Source: a virus
DNA length: 64,000 nt
Reading direction: 5' to 3' (one strand)
IMG/VR virus record: IMGVR_UViG_3300025889_018307
Coordinates: 1 to 64,000 of that record
The translations under genes were made by a program, and so were the position numbers. Shown piece after piece: positions 10,129-20,895 of the stretch. The notes beneath the pieces are model-generated. The model saw only the letters and a program-made list of their open reading frames with translations, searched no databases and was not told the origin of the DNA. Position 1 is the stretch's first letter. The number at the start of each line of letters is the position of its first letter.

Positions 10129-10406
10129 ATGATTTCCCAAAGTATCGGGTAAAAGTATTTCATGAAATACACGAAATAGTTTTCCATGGTGGTGGAGGTT
10201 ACGATTTCCATACTGTATATAATATGCCTCTTTGGTTACGTAGATTAACTTTTAATAAAATGAAAGAATTTTACGATGCTAGAGAAAAATCTCAAAACCC
10301 AAAAGAAGCAGGTGAAATTGATATGGCAAATCCGGATAAATCCCAACTTCCAACAAAAAGAACAGTATCTCCACCAAGTTATGTAGCTAAAAGATTAAAG
10401 AAATAG
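10104..10406 (+). CDS. -1 frameshift extension of the tail assembly chaperone (gpGT-like)
   Basis: The frame of ORF 10224 is open upstream through the slippery A AAT TTT TTC (10104-10113) and encodes FHEIHEIVFHGGGGYDFHTVYNMPLWLR. Confidence 0.7.
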   Translation, partial: KFFLARSLNDFPKYRVKVFHEIHEIVFHGGGGYDFHTVYNMPLWLRRLTFNKMKEFYDAREKSQNPKEAGEIDMANPDKSQLPTKRTVSPPSYVAKRLKK

Positions 10407-10415
10407 TAGTTTTTA

Positions 10416-10425
10416 ATATTTATAA
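10416..10425 (+). promoter_or_regulatory. Putative late promoter ATATTTATAA
   Basis: Upstream of the tape measure gene. Confidence 0.65.
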
Positions 10426-10437
10426 TAAAATTGCTAT

Positions 10438-12702
10438 ATGGCTGGACTTGAAGGTTTAGGAAAAGATGACTTAAAAAGAGTACTTGATATTAGGGCTGCG
10501 GTTGCAGACGTAAAATCTGAAATAGCATCAGCAAATAAACAATTTAAAAAATTAGGAATAAATGCTGGGGATGTTAATAGTGAAATTTCTAAAATTACAG
10601 CAGCAACTAAAGGATTTGCTGATCTACAAGATGAAGCAGCAAAATCAGCAAAAGCAACAGCAGAAGCTATTAAAGGTGAAGCTAAACAATTAGCTATAGT
10701 AAGAACTCTTAATATTCAAATTAATGCTTTAACAAAAAAATCATTAACAGCTAATGAAACACAGTCAAAATTATTCCAAGCTCAGGCTGAAAGGTTATCA
10801 TCTGTAAGAGATAGTGCTCAAGATTTAGCAAATGAATTTGGAAAAATAGCAGAATCATCCTCTACATTAGATAGGAAAACAATGTGGTTTACTGCTTTTT
10901 CTGACTTTACAAAAGACATACCAGGTTTAAGAGTACTTTCAGGACCCTTCGAAGCTGCAGCTAAAGCTTCAAGAGAAACTGTAATAAATAATGCTAAAGC
11001 TTCAGATATAAAAGAAAGATTAAGTAAATTAACTACTGAAGAGCTAAAAACAGGTAAAGGACTTACAAGAGAAAGATTAAAATCTCTTAATTTAGAAGAT
11101 ATAACCCAAGGAAAATCAGGTGCTGCAGCACGTAATCTATTATCAAGTGCTAAAAAGCAAGCAAAAATCCAATCTTCGGGTATAGCTGGGATGAAAGCAG
11201 GATTTAAAGGATTAAAAGGAATAATTGGAAAAGCTTTTGCTCCTATAGCAATTATAACAACTTTTGTAAAAGCTATTCAGCTTATATTTGGAGCAATGAA
11301 AAAAGCATCAGAACAAACAGCTAAATTTTCAAATAATTTATTAGTTAGTAGGCAAGCTGCTGAAGAGCTTAGAGATGCTACTTATGAAACAGTTGCAGGA
11401 TTTAATTTAGCTTCAACAGCAGCAGGTGGTGTTGCAATAACCCAGGAAGGGTTATTAAAAACAATGGATGCTATTAATAAAAAATTAGGTTTCCAAGTAA
11501 ATATATTACAAGATTTTGGGGGAGAAATGAAAGCAAATGTAGCAGAAGCTACAATGATGTCTGAAAAATTTGGTTTAAGTGCTGATGCTTCTGCAAAATT
11601 ATTTTTAGAATCAGTTAAAACTGGTAAACCCCTTAAAGAAATGACTAAAGAGTATTTTGGTCAAGCAGGATTTTTAAGTGCACAGGAGGGACTAACAGCT
11701 GATGTAGTAGGTAATTTAGAAGAAGCAACAAAAGTATCAGGAAATTTAAGAGCTAATTTTAAAGGTAGTTCATTTGCAATTGCACAAGGTATATTTAATG
11801 CAAAAAGATTAGGTTTTGAACTAGCTCAAATGGAAGGAATATCTAGTAATTTATTAAACTTTGAAAGTTCTATAGCATCAGAAATGGAAGCTGAATTACT
11901 TACAGGTAAACAGTTAAATCTAGAAAAAGCAAGAGAAGCAGCTTTAGCAGGTAAAACTGGGGTTCTAATGGATGAAATATCAAAACAAGTAGGAACCCAA
12001 CAAGATTTTCTAAAAATGAATGTTATTCAAAGACAAGCTTTAGCTAAAGCTGTTGGGTTAGAAGCTGATGAATTAGCTGATATGTTTGATAAAAGAGCTA
12101 AAAATGATGCATTAGCAAAGGAAAATTTAAAAGTTCAAAATAGACTTAAAAAAGAAGGAATTAAGCTACAATATGATGAAAATGGTGCTATAATTAATGG
12201 GTTACAAGAAATTAGATTAGCTGCTGAAGCAGCAGGAAAATCTGAAGAAGAAATAAGAGAAATTCTAGGTGAACAAGTTTATTTAAGAAAATCAGAACAA
12301 TCAGCAACAGAAAAATTCAATAAATCATTAGCTAGGGCAAAAGATATATTTGCTTCTTTTGTAGAAGGTGGTTCTTTAGATAAGTTAGCAAACTTTGTAG
12401 AAAGTTTTGTTTCTAATCCTTTAGCGACTTTAATTAGTGGACCATCTACACCAACAGCATCTACAGTTACAACAACAGGAGGCACAGCATCAGATTTTAT
12501 TTCAAGACCAGGCCAACCAATTCAAAAATTTAGAAAAGATGATGTTATAGTTGGTGGAACTAGTTTAGGAGGAGGTAATAATGGAGAAGTTACGGCATTA
12601 TTAAAAGAATTAATAGTAGCAGTTAAAGAAGGTGGTGATGTGTTTATTGATGGAAATAAAGTAGGTAAATCATTAGCATTAGCAACCTCTAATATGGGGT
12701 AA
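10438..12702 (+). CDS. Tape measure protein
   Basis: 754 aa Ala-rich helical; LLNFESSIASEMEAELLTG; position after the chaperones. Confidence 0.85.
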   Translation: MAGLEGLGKDDLKRVLDIRAAVADVKSEIASANKQFKKLGINAGDVNSEISKITAATKGFADLQDEAAKSAKATAEAIKGEAKQLAIVRTLNIQINALTKKSLTANETQSKLFQAQAERLSSVRDSAQDLANEFGKIAESSSTLDRKTMWFTAFSDFTKDIPGLRVLSGPFEAAAKASRETVINNAKASDIKERLSKLTTEELKTGKGLTRERLKSLNLEDITQGKSGAAARNLLSSAKKQAKIQSSGIAGMKAGFKGLKGIIGKAFAPIAIITTFVKAIQLIFGAMKKASEQTAKFSNNLLVSRQAAEELRDATYETVAGFNLASTAAGGVAITQEGLLKTMDAINKKLGFQVNILQDFGGEMKANVAEATMMSEKFGLSADASAKLFLESVKTGKPLKEMTKEYFGQAGFLSAQEGLTADVVGNLEEATKVSGNLRANFKGSSFAIAQGIFNAKRLGFELAQMEGISSNLLNFESSIASEMEAELLTGKQLNLEKAREAALAGKTGVLMDEISKQVGTQQDFLKMNVIQRQALAKAVGLEADELADMFDKRAKNDALAKENLKVQNRLKKEGIKLQYDENGAIINGLQEIRLAAEAAGKSEEEIREILGEQVYLRKSEQSATEKFNKSLARAKDIFASFVEGGSLDKLANFVESFVSNPLATLISGPSTPTASTVTTTGGTASDFISRPGQPIQKFRKDDVIVGGTSLGGGNNGEVTALLKELIVAVKEGGDVFIDGNKVGKSLALATSNMG

Positions 12703-12711
12703 TATTTATAA
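12702..12711 (+). promoter_or_regulatory. Putative late promoter ATATTTATAA
   Basis: Recurrent motif. Confidence 0.65.
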
Positions 12712-12740
12712 TAAATAATTAATTAATAAAAAATACAAAA

Positions 12741-12986
12741 ATGGAAAATTCATTAGTAAATAGATTAGAAAAAGATGGTTCACCTTTATCTAAAGATAAT
12801 GGTGCAACACCAACTACACCTGATTTTGCAATTTCAACATTACATAAAGAATACTCATTAGATTCTAACCCAGATAAATTATCAGTAAGACCACGTAATG
12901 GTAATCTACCTAACGCTACTACATTAGCTGTAGGTGATGGTGTTGAAAAATATAAAGATAATTTACCTGCAGGATCATCTTTCTAA
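12741..12986 (+). CDS. Small virion-module protein
   Basis: 81 aa with its own late motif and an A-rich start. Confidence 0.7.
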   Translation: MENSLVNRLEKDGSPLSKDNGATPTTPDFAISTLHKEYSLDSNPDKLSVRPRNGNLPNATTLAVGDGVEKYKDNLPAGSSF

Positions 12987-12997
12987 AGTAATATTAT

Positions 12998-14887
12998 ATG
13001 TCTAATACACTTACACCTGAGTCTAGGGGTCGTCTAATTAATTTAAAAACAAATCTAAAAAGTTTAAGATTTGGTGGGGATAGACCTGCTTCAGGTACAA
13101 GTGATCAACCATATGAAGTAACTCCAATACCAGAAGGAACAGGATATTTAAGAGATGGTATGCCTCTTCAATCAGGTCCTGATTTTATATTAAGAGATGG
13201 TTTTTTAGCTCCTTTAAAAGCACTTAAAGATGTAAGTAGATTAGCTAAAATGTTTATTGATACTAAATCTCCAAGGGGTATATTTTTTACCTTAAAAGAA
13301 AATTTATTATCAAGAACAAGTGTAAAAACCCAGGCATCATTTGGAGCAGGTTATTTAGGAGGGGCTATGAATCAAGGTGCTTATTTACCATTAGGAACTT
13401 TACTTCAAGCAGGTTTTAATTGGGCAGGAGCTCATTTAAATAAATTTGGGATTAATCCTATAGGATCATTAGGTGGTCCTGCTGGTGTAAATAGAAATGC
13501 TAGAGGTGGAGCAGGTGCATTAAATCCTTATTCTGTAGTAGTACGAAATGATCAAGAAGAAAATGCTAATAGATTAGTATTATTAGGTGATTTCGTATCA
13601 ACCGGAACAAATAATTCACAATTATCATTAGCAGCAGCTATTGACCCTATAGCAAAATATAATTATAATCCTGATGCAACTACAACAAATTCAGATACCC
13701 CTATATTATATTCATACTCAGGAGGACCAGGTTCTATATTAGGAGTTGGTAAAACAAATATATTTAAAGAACGTCCTACATACAATGCTATAAGAAATTA
13801 TAAAAATTTATCTTCAACTTATCCTAATTATAGTGGGGTTCAACCTTCGGGTCTTTCTACTTTATTACATGGTGATATATTTAGAATATATTCTCAAACA
13901 GAATTAACAACTCGTAGAGGATTATATCCTAGAAGTTTTATGAATTTTGTTATTGATTCCGAAGTAGAATTTGATGACACTACAGGAAATGTAGTATCTA
14001 AAATAATTCATAAAGCACCAAACTATGTAACCCAAAATAAAGCTGTAAGAACAGGAATGGGAGATCCTGGACAACATATAACATATGCAGTAGATGGTGT
14101 AAATAAAGAAAGAAATTTATTTGATTATAGTATATCAGCTTTTGATATGGAAGCTTTAGATAAAATAACAGCTTTAAAAATGTATGAAGCTGAAGGACCT
14201 AACCATAATTTACCTATCAATGACTTATGTAAATTTAGAATTGCAGTTATAAATAATGGACCAAGTGAAGGAAAAAAAGCAACATATTTGCATTTTAGAG
14301 CTTACATAAATGGTTTTACAGATAATTATGCTGCTACTTGGAATGACGTTCAATATGTAGGTAGAGGTAATGTATTTAAAAATTATAGTGGATTTACTAG
14401 AGATATACAAATGGGCTTTACTATAATAGCAACATCTAAAGCTGAATTAATACCTATGTTTACTAAACTTAATTTTTTAGCTTCATCATTAGCACCAGAT
14501 TATACTGAAGCAGGATTTATGAGAGGAAATATGGTTAGAATGACTGTAGGAGGTTATTTATATGAAGTGCCTGGAGTATTAACTTCATTAACATATACTA
14601 TTCCAGATGATACTACATGGGAAATAGCAATTGACACAGATGGAAAATCAGATCCTTCAGTAAAAGAATTACCTCATAGAATAGAGGTTAGTTTAGCTTT
14701 TACTCCAGTACAAGATTTCTTACCTTCACGACAAAAGTTAACTTATAACGAAAACGGTGAATTAGTAGCAGAAGAAATAGGAGAACAGCGTTTTATAAGT
14801 TTAAATAATGGAATTAATAATAATTACATAGGAGAAAATGGTTTAAGTAAATATACCCAACCTATAAAAACCCAGTCAGATGAATAG
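12998..14887 (+). CDS. Baseplate/tube-initiator protein (gp48/gp54-like C-terminal domain)
   Basis: FRAYI..FTDNY.ATW..VQYVGRG...Y.GFTRDI tube-like domain. Confidence 0.6.
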   Translation: MSNTLTPESRGRLINLKTNLKSLRFGGDRPASGTSDQPYEVTPIPEGTGYLRDGMPLQSGPDFILRDGFLAPLKALKDVSRLAKMFIDTKSPRGIFFTLKENLLSRTSVKTQASFGAGYLGGAMNQGAYLPLGTLLQAGFNWAGAHLNKFGINPIGSLGGPAGVNRNARGGAGALNPYSVVVRNDQEENANRLVLLGDFVSTGTNNSQLSLAAAIDPIAKYNYNPDATTTNSDTPILYSYSGGPGSILGVGKTNIFKERPTYNAIRNYKNLSSTYPNYSGVQPSGLSTLLHGDIFRIYSQTELTTRRGLYPRSFMNFVIDSEVEFDDTTGNVVSKIIHKAPNYVTQNKAVRTGMGDPGQHITYAVDGVNKERNLFDYSISAFDMEALDKITALKMYEAEGPNHNLPINDLCKFRIAVINNGPSEGKKATYLHFRAYINGFTDNYAATWNDVQYVGRGNVFKNYSGFTRDIQMGFTIIATSKAELIPMFTKLNFLASSLAPDYTEAGFMRGNMVRMTVGGYLYEVPGVLTSLTYTIPDDTTWEIAIDTDGKSDPSVKELPHRIEVSLAFTPVQDFLPSRQKLTYNENGELVAEEIGEQRFISLNNGINNNYIGENGLSKYTQPIKTQSDE

Positions 14888-15200
14888 ATATGCTGATGTA
14901 AAATTATTTAGAACTCTTAATAATAACTTAAGAAATAAGGGACTTACTTATGGAAATTCTGCTAAATATCCTATTGTCCCTCAACAAGAAAATGATATAT
15001 ATGCTATAACTGAATGGGGAGATAGATTTGAAAGTTTAGCATTTCAGTTTTATGGTGATGTAACTTTATGGTGGGTAATAGCTATTGCTAATCCTAATAT
15101 TGTTAATTTTTCATCAATATTTCTTCCAATAGGATCACAAATTAGAATACCACAAAATATTTCTCCTATAATTGATAGTTATAATGAATTAAATAGATAA
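14880..15200 (+). CDS. LysM-like baseplate protein (gp53/tail X-like)
   Basis: GDRFESLAFQFYGDVTLWWVIAIAN...G.QIRIP. Confidence 0.8.
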   Translation: MNRYADVKLFRTLNNNLRNKGLTYGNSAKYPIVPQQENDIYAITEWGDRFESLAFQFYGDVTLWWVIAIANPNIVNFSSIFLPIGSQIRIPQNISPIIDSYNELNR

Positions 15201-15204
15201 AGTT

Positions 15205-18200
15205 ATGGGCAATATTATAGGTGATCCATTTGATGAATTTGTAAAAAAACAAGTTGAAACAAGACAAACAGCCTTAGGCCAAACTACAAATATATCTGCT
15301 GATAATTTAAAATATTATACAGTAAAAACTCCATGGTTAAGATTAGCAAGTTCAGTTAACTTAACAAGAGAAGAAGAAGGAGATAATAGTGTTTTAGATA
15401 GATTAGTTAAAGCAGGTGTACCTCTAGAATCTATACAAAATGTAAACTTAGCTAAAAATTTTATACTTCAGGGTGGTTCACTTTCACTAGAAGAAACTGT
15501 AGATGATGAAGGAAAAATAACATCTTCAACAGTAAAACTTCATAAAGGTTTAAATTATAATAATGAATTATTTAATGGAGCCTATGGTTGGGGTGGGGTA
15601 AGTGAAAGAGGATACGTCCCTATGCCTGGAATTGAGTCAGCTCAATCTACTTATTATAATAATGGAGCTTTAAGCAAAGCAACAATTAATATAAAATGTT
15701 ATAGTAAGGCTCAATTTCAATTACTAGACGCTTTATATTTAAGACCAGGATATACCCTTTTATTAGAATTCGGTTGGTCTACTTTTTTAGATAATAATGG
15801 AGATTTGCAAACATTTGATGGGTTTAAATCTACCCCTTTAGATTTTTTATTAAACCCAGGAACTTTTCCAGGTCCAAAAAATCAATTCCAAATGTTAAAT
15901 CTTATATCACAAGAAAGAGCAAAATATTCTGGTAACTATGAAGCTATTTATGGTAAGATAACTAATTTTAAATGGTCTTTTAGTACAGACGGTTCTTATA
16001 GTTGTGAAGTATCTTTAATAGGTATGGGTAATATAATAGAATCCTTAAAATTAAATGTAACAGATCCTAAAAAAGATGACCAATCTAGCAGTAGTGATGT
16101 AAAAGCTAACACTACTTTTCAACAATATATAAATGATTATGTTGGGGAAACTATAGGGGCATATATTGAAATTGCAGAAAGCGGTGAACAACCTTTAAAA
16201 GCAGGCAATATACCCCAATCATATAGAAATAAATTTCTTAAAACATTTAAAAACCCTTCAGGAGGATATGATCTTAATTTAACAGCTACTAAACAAGAAA
16301 TTTTAGATTATTTACGTCCTAAATATAATGAATTAGTAGAAGCAGAAAAAGAAGTAACAATACAAAACAATAATAATGATCCCTTAATAGCTTATAAAGA
16401 TGATACTAAATTAAATAAAACATTTTATAATATTTCCCAAAATATACAAGGTAAATATAAAGGGGAAGCTGGGGGGTTATTTTTAACTCAAAAAGGTATA
16501 ACAAATGGAGCTTTTGTATTAGATAATACCTATACAGGAAAGAAAAATTTTGGGGGAAGTGAAAAAGTTGAAAAAAGTGTTTATATAAAGTTTGCTACTT
16601 TATTAAAAATTATTGAAGAAAATTGTAATTTATTTTCTACAAAAGGAGAAGGAGGACGCACCCCCTTAGTAAAATTTGATTTTAATTATGCTAATATGGG
16701 AAATGATCAAAATTTTATGTTTATTTGTCCCCCAAATATTTCAACAAACCCCGATAAATGTCTAGTAGCTTATAATAAAATGACAATTAAAGGAATAGTT
16801 AAATATGATAATGATATCGTTACTAATTCAGAATTAAATAAAACATTAAATGCTAAACAAGATTTTTTAGTAGATAACAATCCTTATGTAGGGAGATTAG
16901 GTAATGTTTTAATTAATTTAAGATTTGCTTCTGAAGCAATTGCAACCTCACCTAAAGATCAAGATGGAGCTATATCTGTTTTAACATATGTAAAAACTAT
17001 ACTAAGAGGAATAAATGAATCTATGGGTAATTTAAATAGTTTTTTTGTTACTTTAGATGAAAATGAAGGTGTTATAAAAATTTATGATGAAACCCCAAAA
17101 CCAAATCTTGTTGAAGCAATTCCTGAAAAATTTACAAAAATTAATATTTTTGGAGTAAAACAAGATCAAGGCTCATTTATTACAAATATAGGACTAGATG
17201 CAGAAATTCCACAAAATTTTGCTACAATGATAGCAATAGGGGCTCAAGCATCTGGAAATAACCTTATGGGTAATTCTGTTTCATTTTCGAATTATAATAA
17301 AGGTTTAGTTGACAGAATTATACCCGAAAAAATAGATTATGATACTAGTGAAAAGAAAGAAGATGAACCTAGTCCCTTAGAAAAAGCAAAAACTATAAAA
17401 GTAGAAAAATTATTTAAATCTAAGGATGATGGGAATTTACCTTTAAAAGAAATGTATAAATTTGGAGGCACAAAAGAGGGGGGTAATTATGATAAATACA
17501 ACTTTTCACCAGAAGTATCAAATGATCTTAGTGAAAATTATACTACTTATATTAAATTAATACATGGAATATTAGCAGAATCAAATACAGTTCCCTCACC
17601 TTTTTTCTTACCTTTTAATTTAAATTTAGAAATGGAAGGATTATCAGGAATAAAATTATTTGAAAAATTCCAAATAACTGATGATATTTTACCCCCATCT
17701 TATGAAAAAGATAGTGTTGATATTATAGTAAAAGCTATTAATCATAACATTGATGTTCAAAAATGGTCAACTACAATTAATACTCAATCTGTACCTAGAT
17801 TTGAACCTTTAATAATTGAAGAAGCAGAACCAGAAACGAATCAACCATCAGAAAAACAAGAACAATTAGCTGCTGCTGCTGAAGAAGCACCACCAACAGA
17901 TCCTAATGAAAATCAAATTACAAGATTAAGACTAACTAGATTAGTTGATAATGGTTATCAAACTTTAGGTTTAATGGAAGTGTTAGATGAAAATGGTAAT
18001 ATCTTATATGCACTACCAATATGTGAATTGCCATGGAGTGATAATAAAAATAATGAAAGTTGTATACCTACAGGAACTTACACAATATCTTCAAGAACTT
18101 CACCTAAATATGGAAACCATTTTATTATAGCTAATCAAAGTAATAATAGAAATGAAATATTAGCAGCAGGAGGACCTATTGATGGATTTAATACCACAAA

Positions 18201-18633
18201 TAGAAAATGGGTATTAATTCATGAAGCCCCAGCAGCACAAGGAAATACAAAACCTTGGTTACTAGGTTGCATGGCCCCAGGATTTAAGTTTAATACTAAT
18301 CAAAGAGATCAATTTGGTAATCCTAGAGGAACAGGACCTCAATATGGCGGTAAATCATCTCCATCACATTTAGAGTCAATCCAGGCAAAAAATAAATTAG
18401 TAGGAACATTATTTAATACTGGTAAAGATCCAATGTTTAAATTAGAAATTAAAGCATTAGGTGGTGTCAATAAACCTATAGAAAGTAATTTTTATTCATT
18501 TGGTGTAAGTAATGAAATTAGAAAAATAGAAAACATAACAGGAGAAAAATACACATACGAAGGTGGTGGAGGTGCTAATGCACCACTAGGAACTGATAAT
18601 CCTTTTGCTCCAAATTTAAATATTACTTTTTAA
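15205..18633 (+). CDS. Baseplate hub protein with C-terminal DUF5675/YkuD-like peptidoglycan-active domain
   Basis: PMPGI and YLRPGYTLLLEFGW hub motifs; C-terminal TLG...ELPW.DN...SCIP.GTY...VLIH...LGC. Confidence 0.65.
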   Translation: MGNIIGDPFDEFVKKQVETRQTALGQTTNISADNLKYYTVKTPWLRLASSVNLTREEEGDNSVLDRLVKAGVPLESIQNVNLAKNFILQGGSLSLEETVDDEGKITSSTVKLHKGLNYNNELFNGAYGWGGVSERGYVPMPGIESAQSTYYNNGALSKATINIKCYSKAQFQLLDALYLRPGYTLLLEFGWSTFLDNNGDLQTFDGFKSTPLDFLLNPGTFPGPKNQFQMLNLISQERAKYSGNYEAIYGKITNFKWSFSTDGSYSCEVSLIGMGNIIESLKLNVTDPKKDDQSSSSDVKANTTFQQYINDYVGETIGAYIEIAESGEQPLKAGNIPQSYRNKFLKTFKNPSGGYDLNLTATKQEILDYLRPKYNELVEAEKEVTIQNNNNDPLIAYKDDTKLNKTFYNISQNIQGKYKGEAGGLFLTQKGITNGAFVLDNTYTGKKNFGGSEKVEKSVYIKFATLLKIIEENCNLFSTKGEGGRTPLVKFDFNYANMGNDQNFMFICPPNISTNPDKCLVAYNKMTIKGIVKYDNDIVTNSELNKTLNAKQDFLVDNNPYVGRLGNVLINLRFASEAIATSPKDQDGAISVLTYVKTILRGINESMGNLNSFFVTLDENEGVIKIYDETPKPNLVEAIPEKFTKINIFGVKQDQGSFITNIGLDAEIPQNFATMIAIGAQASGNNLMGNSVSFSNYNKGLVDRIIPEKIDYDTSEKKEDEPSPLEKAKTIKVEKLFKSKDDGNLPLKEMYKFGGTKEGGNYDKYNFSPEVSNDLSENYTTYIKLIHGILAESNTVPSPFFLPFNLNLEMEGLSGIKLFEKFQITDDILPPSYEKDSVDIIVKAINHNIDVQKWSTTINTQSVPRFEPLIIEEAEPETNQPSEKQEQLAAAAEEAPPTDPNENQITRLRLTRLVDNGYQTLGLMEVLDENGNILYALPICELPWSDNKNNESCIPTGTYTISSRTSPKYGNHFIIANQSNNRNEILAAGGPIDGFNTTNRKWVLIHEAPAAQGNTKPWLLGCMAPGFKFNTNQRDQFGNPRGTGPQYGGKSSPSHLESIQAKNKLVGTLFNTGKDPMFKLEIKALGGVNKPIESNFYSFGVSNEIRKIENITGEKYTYEGGGGANAPLGTDNPFAPNLNITF

Positions 18634-19604
18634 TGGCTTATTTTCCTAAATCACAAATAAAAGAAAATCAATTTACCCCTGGGGCTGAATGGTATTATGT
18701 TAAGAATAATTCTTCCTACACAGGATTTTATTATGTATTATCTAATGGTAAAGCTTATACAGGTAAAAATCCTAATAATCCCCCAAATGAAGAAATAGTT
18801 AAAAAAGACCCAATTGTTTCTTCTGAAGTAAGAAAAAATGGAGGTATTAATGATAGTTTAAATGAAGTATCATATGCAGATAATTGGGATGGTTATACTT
18901 ACGATAATCAAACACAAAATGCTAAAGATGTAGAAATATATGGAATATTAACTGATACTGATTATAATTTAATTAGATCAAAACCTCAATATTCTCCTAC
19001 ATTTCCTACTCCTGAAGACTATGAAAAAGAAATGTTTGTAAGATATTTTGTATGTAAGATAAATCAATTAGAGTATTTAGAAATTGATAAAGAAACTTAT
19101 AATAATATTTTTACTCAAAATAAAGTATGGGTTTGGGAAGATTATATACCTTTTACTTTAAATTGGTATATAAATGGAGATATTGATAGAGTTTTTAATA
19201 ATAATAAAGGATCTATTTTTATAAAAGAAAAAGAAATAAATAAAAAAGGATTAGAAGATTATTTAGGAAAACAATATTTAGAATATTTTAAATATAAGAA
19301 AGCAAGTAATTTAAATACAAGAGGAGGAGAATTAATTACTCCTACGGGTCAAGATTACATAGGCCCTTATCATATCCATGAATTTCAAGGACCTATGGAG
19401 GGTTCTTCCCACACATCAACAGCTCATAGAAAACTATTTTATAGAAGATTCTACAGGGGTGAAATAGTTGATTCTTTAAATCAAGAGGGAGTAATTGAAA
19501 CTGGAGAAACACAAGCAGTAGAATTTACAACAAACATTTCAACAGATCCTAATTATATACCTCCATCACCTAGTGGAGGATCTTCAAGTGGAGGTGGATA
19601 TTAG
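18633..19604 (+). CDS. Putative baseplate/virion protein
   Basis: Repeated Y.G.Y motifs and PTPEDYE..F.RYF; last gene of the tail operon. Confidence 0.55.
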   Translation: MAYFPKSQIKENQFTPGAEWYYVKNNSSYTGFYYVLSNGKAYTGKNPNNPPNEEIVKKDPIVSSEVRKNGGINDSLNEVSYADNWDGYTYDNQTQNAKDVEIYGILTDTDYNLIRSKPQYSPTFPTPEDYEKEMFVRYFVCKINQLEYLEIDKETYNNIFTQNKVWVWEDYIPFTLNWYINGDIDRVFNNNKGSIFIKEKEINKKGLEDYLGKQYLEYFKYKKASNLNTRGGELITPTGQDYIGPYHIHEFQGPMEGSSHTSTAHRKLFYRRFYRGEIVDSLNQEGVIETGETQAVEFTTNISTDPNYIPPSPSGGSSSGGGY

Positions 19605-19622
19605 ATAAATCCTTCATATATT
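19594..19622 (+). promoter_or_regulatory. Early/middle promoter GTGG-N19-TATATT
   Basis: Matches the 12-site motif; precedes the polA-like gene. Confidence 0.6.
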
Positions 19623-19635
19623 AAAATAAAAAGTT

Positions 19636-20895
19636 ATGTTTTGGTTAGTTGAAAGTAAAGTTCAATTTGAACAATTTTCAAATGCTAATTGGGAAAAAGT
19701 TTTTATAGAAGTAATTCCAAATAGTTATTTAATACATCCTGCACAAAATAATATTTGTGCTTTGTATATTAGACCGTTAGTATCAACTAAAGGATTTATT
19801 GTCCCATTATCACATAGTGAAACTTTAAATATAAATATAACGGAGATAAACACGATGTTACATAAATTTAGTAGCATATATGTGCGTGATAAGAAGGAAT
19901 TTTTACATTATTTACCACTAAAAGGCCTCTTTGACATAAACCAACAAAACCCTCCGTATATACCAGAACTACTACAAACACATCATATTTTTAATAGGAG
20001 ATATCCTAATAAAAAAGATGTAAATAGAATTATACCTATAGTTAAACACTATGAGTATTGTGAAGAAATATATAATAACCTAAAAGACAAAATAAATGGA
20101 AAAATCAATGAATTCTACAATGACAAATCTTCAGTGGTTTTCAACGCCATTGAAAGAAGTGGCATACGAGTTGATAAGTCAAAATTCGAATCGCATTTTC
20201 ATGCTATCGACGGAGATTACATCTACACGCAATACAACTTTAAAACCCTCACAGGAAGACCAAGTAATAAATTCAAAGGAGTAAATTATGCCGCACTTAA
20301 CAAAGAAAACGGACAAAGAGAGTGTTTTATCCCTCGTAATGACAATTTCATTGAGTTTGACATTGGCGCTTATCATCCTACTTTGTTGGCTAAGTTGGTG
20401 GGTTATGATTTTGGTGATAAAGACGTTCATATGGCCTTTGCGGAAATGTATGGAGTGGATTATAAAAAAGCAAAAGAATTAACATTTAAGCAACTGTATG
20501 GAGGAGTGTTTGATCAATACAAGGACTTAGAATTTTTTCAAAAAGTACAAGTATATACTGATAATTTGTGGCAAGAATTTGAGGAAAAGGGCTGGATTGA
20601 ATGTCCTATTTCAAAACATCGATTTGAAAAAGATAAGCTTGGTGAAATGAAACCGCAAAAATTATTGAATTATTTACTGCAAAATTTGGAGACGTCAATG
20701 AATGTTCATATATTGTGGGAAATAATAAGGTTATTAAGAAATAAAAAAACAAAGATAGTTTTATATACTTATGATTCGTTTTTATTTGATGTTGATAAAG
20801 AAGAAGAAGATGTGTTGGGTGAGATAAAGAAACTATTTAATAAATACAAATTACAAATAAAAACATGCTATGGAAGCAACTACAATTTTAAATAA
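19636..20895 (+). CDS. Short divergent family A polymerase
   Basis: T.TGR.S, motif A EFDIGAYHP, motif B AKELTFKQLYG, motif C YTYDSF. Confidence 0.8.
   Translation: MFWLVESKVQFEQFSNANWEKVFIEVIPNSYLIHPAQNNICALYIRPLVSTKGFIVPLSHSETLNINITEINTMLHKFSSIYVRDKKEFLHYLPLKGLFDINQQNPPYIPELLQTHHIFNRRYPNKKDVNRIIPIVKHYEYCEEIYNNLKDKINGKINEFYNDKSSVVFNAIERSGIRVDKSKFESHFHAIDGDYIYTQYNFKTLTGRPSNKFKGVNYAALNKENGQRECFIPRNDNFIEFDIGAYHPTLLAKLVGYDFGDKDVHMAFAEMYGVDYKKAKELTFKQLYGGVFDQYKDLEFFQKVQVYTDNLWQEFEEKGWIECPISKHRFEKDKLGEMKPQKLLNYLLQNLETSMNVHILWEIIRLLRNKKTKIVLYTYDSFLFDVDKEEEDVLGEIKKLFNKYKLQIKTCYGSNYNFK

Noticed and set aside
10123-10132. RF2-like +1 frameshift at CTT TAA
   Set aside because: The +1 frame hits TGA at 10130. 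Only the -1 frame continues.
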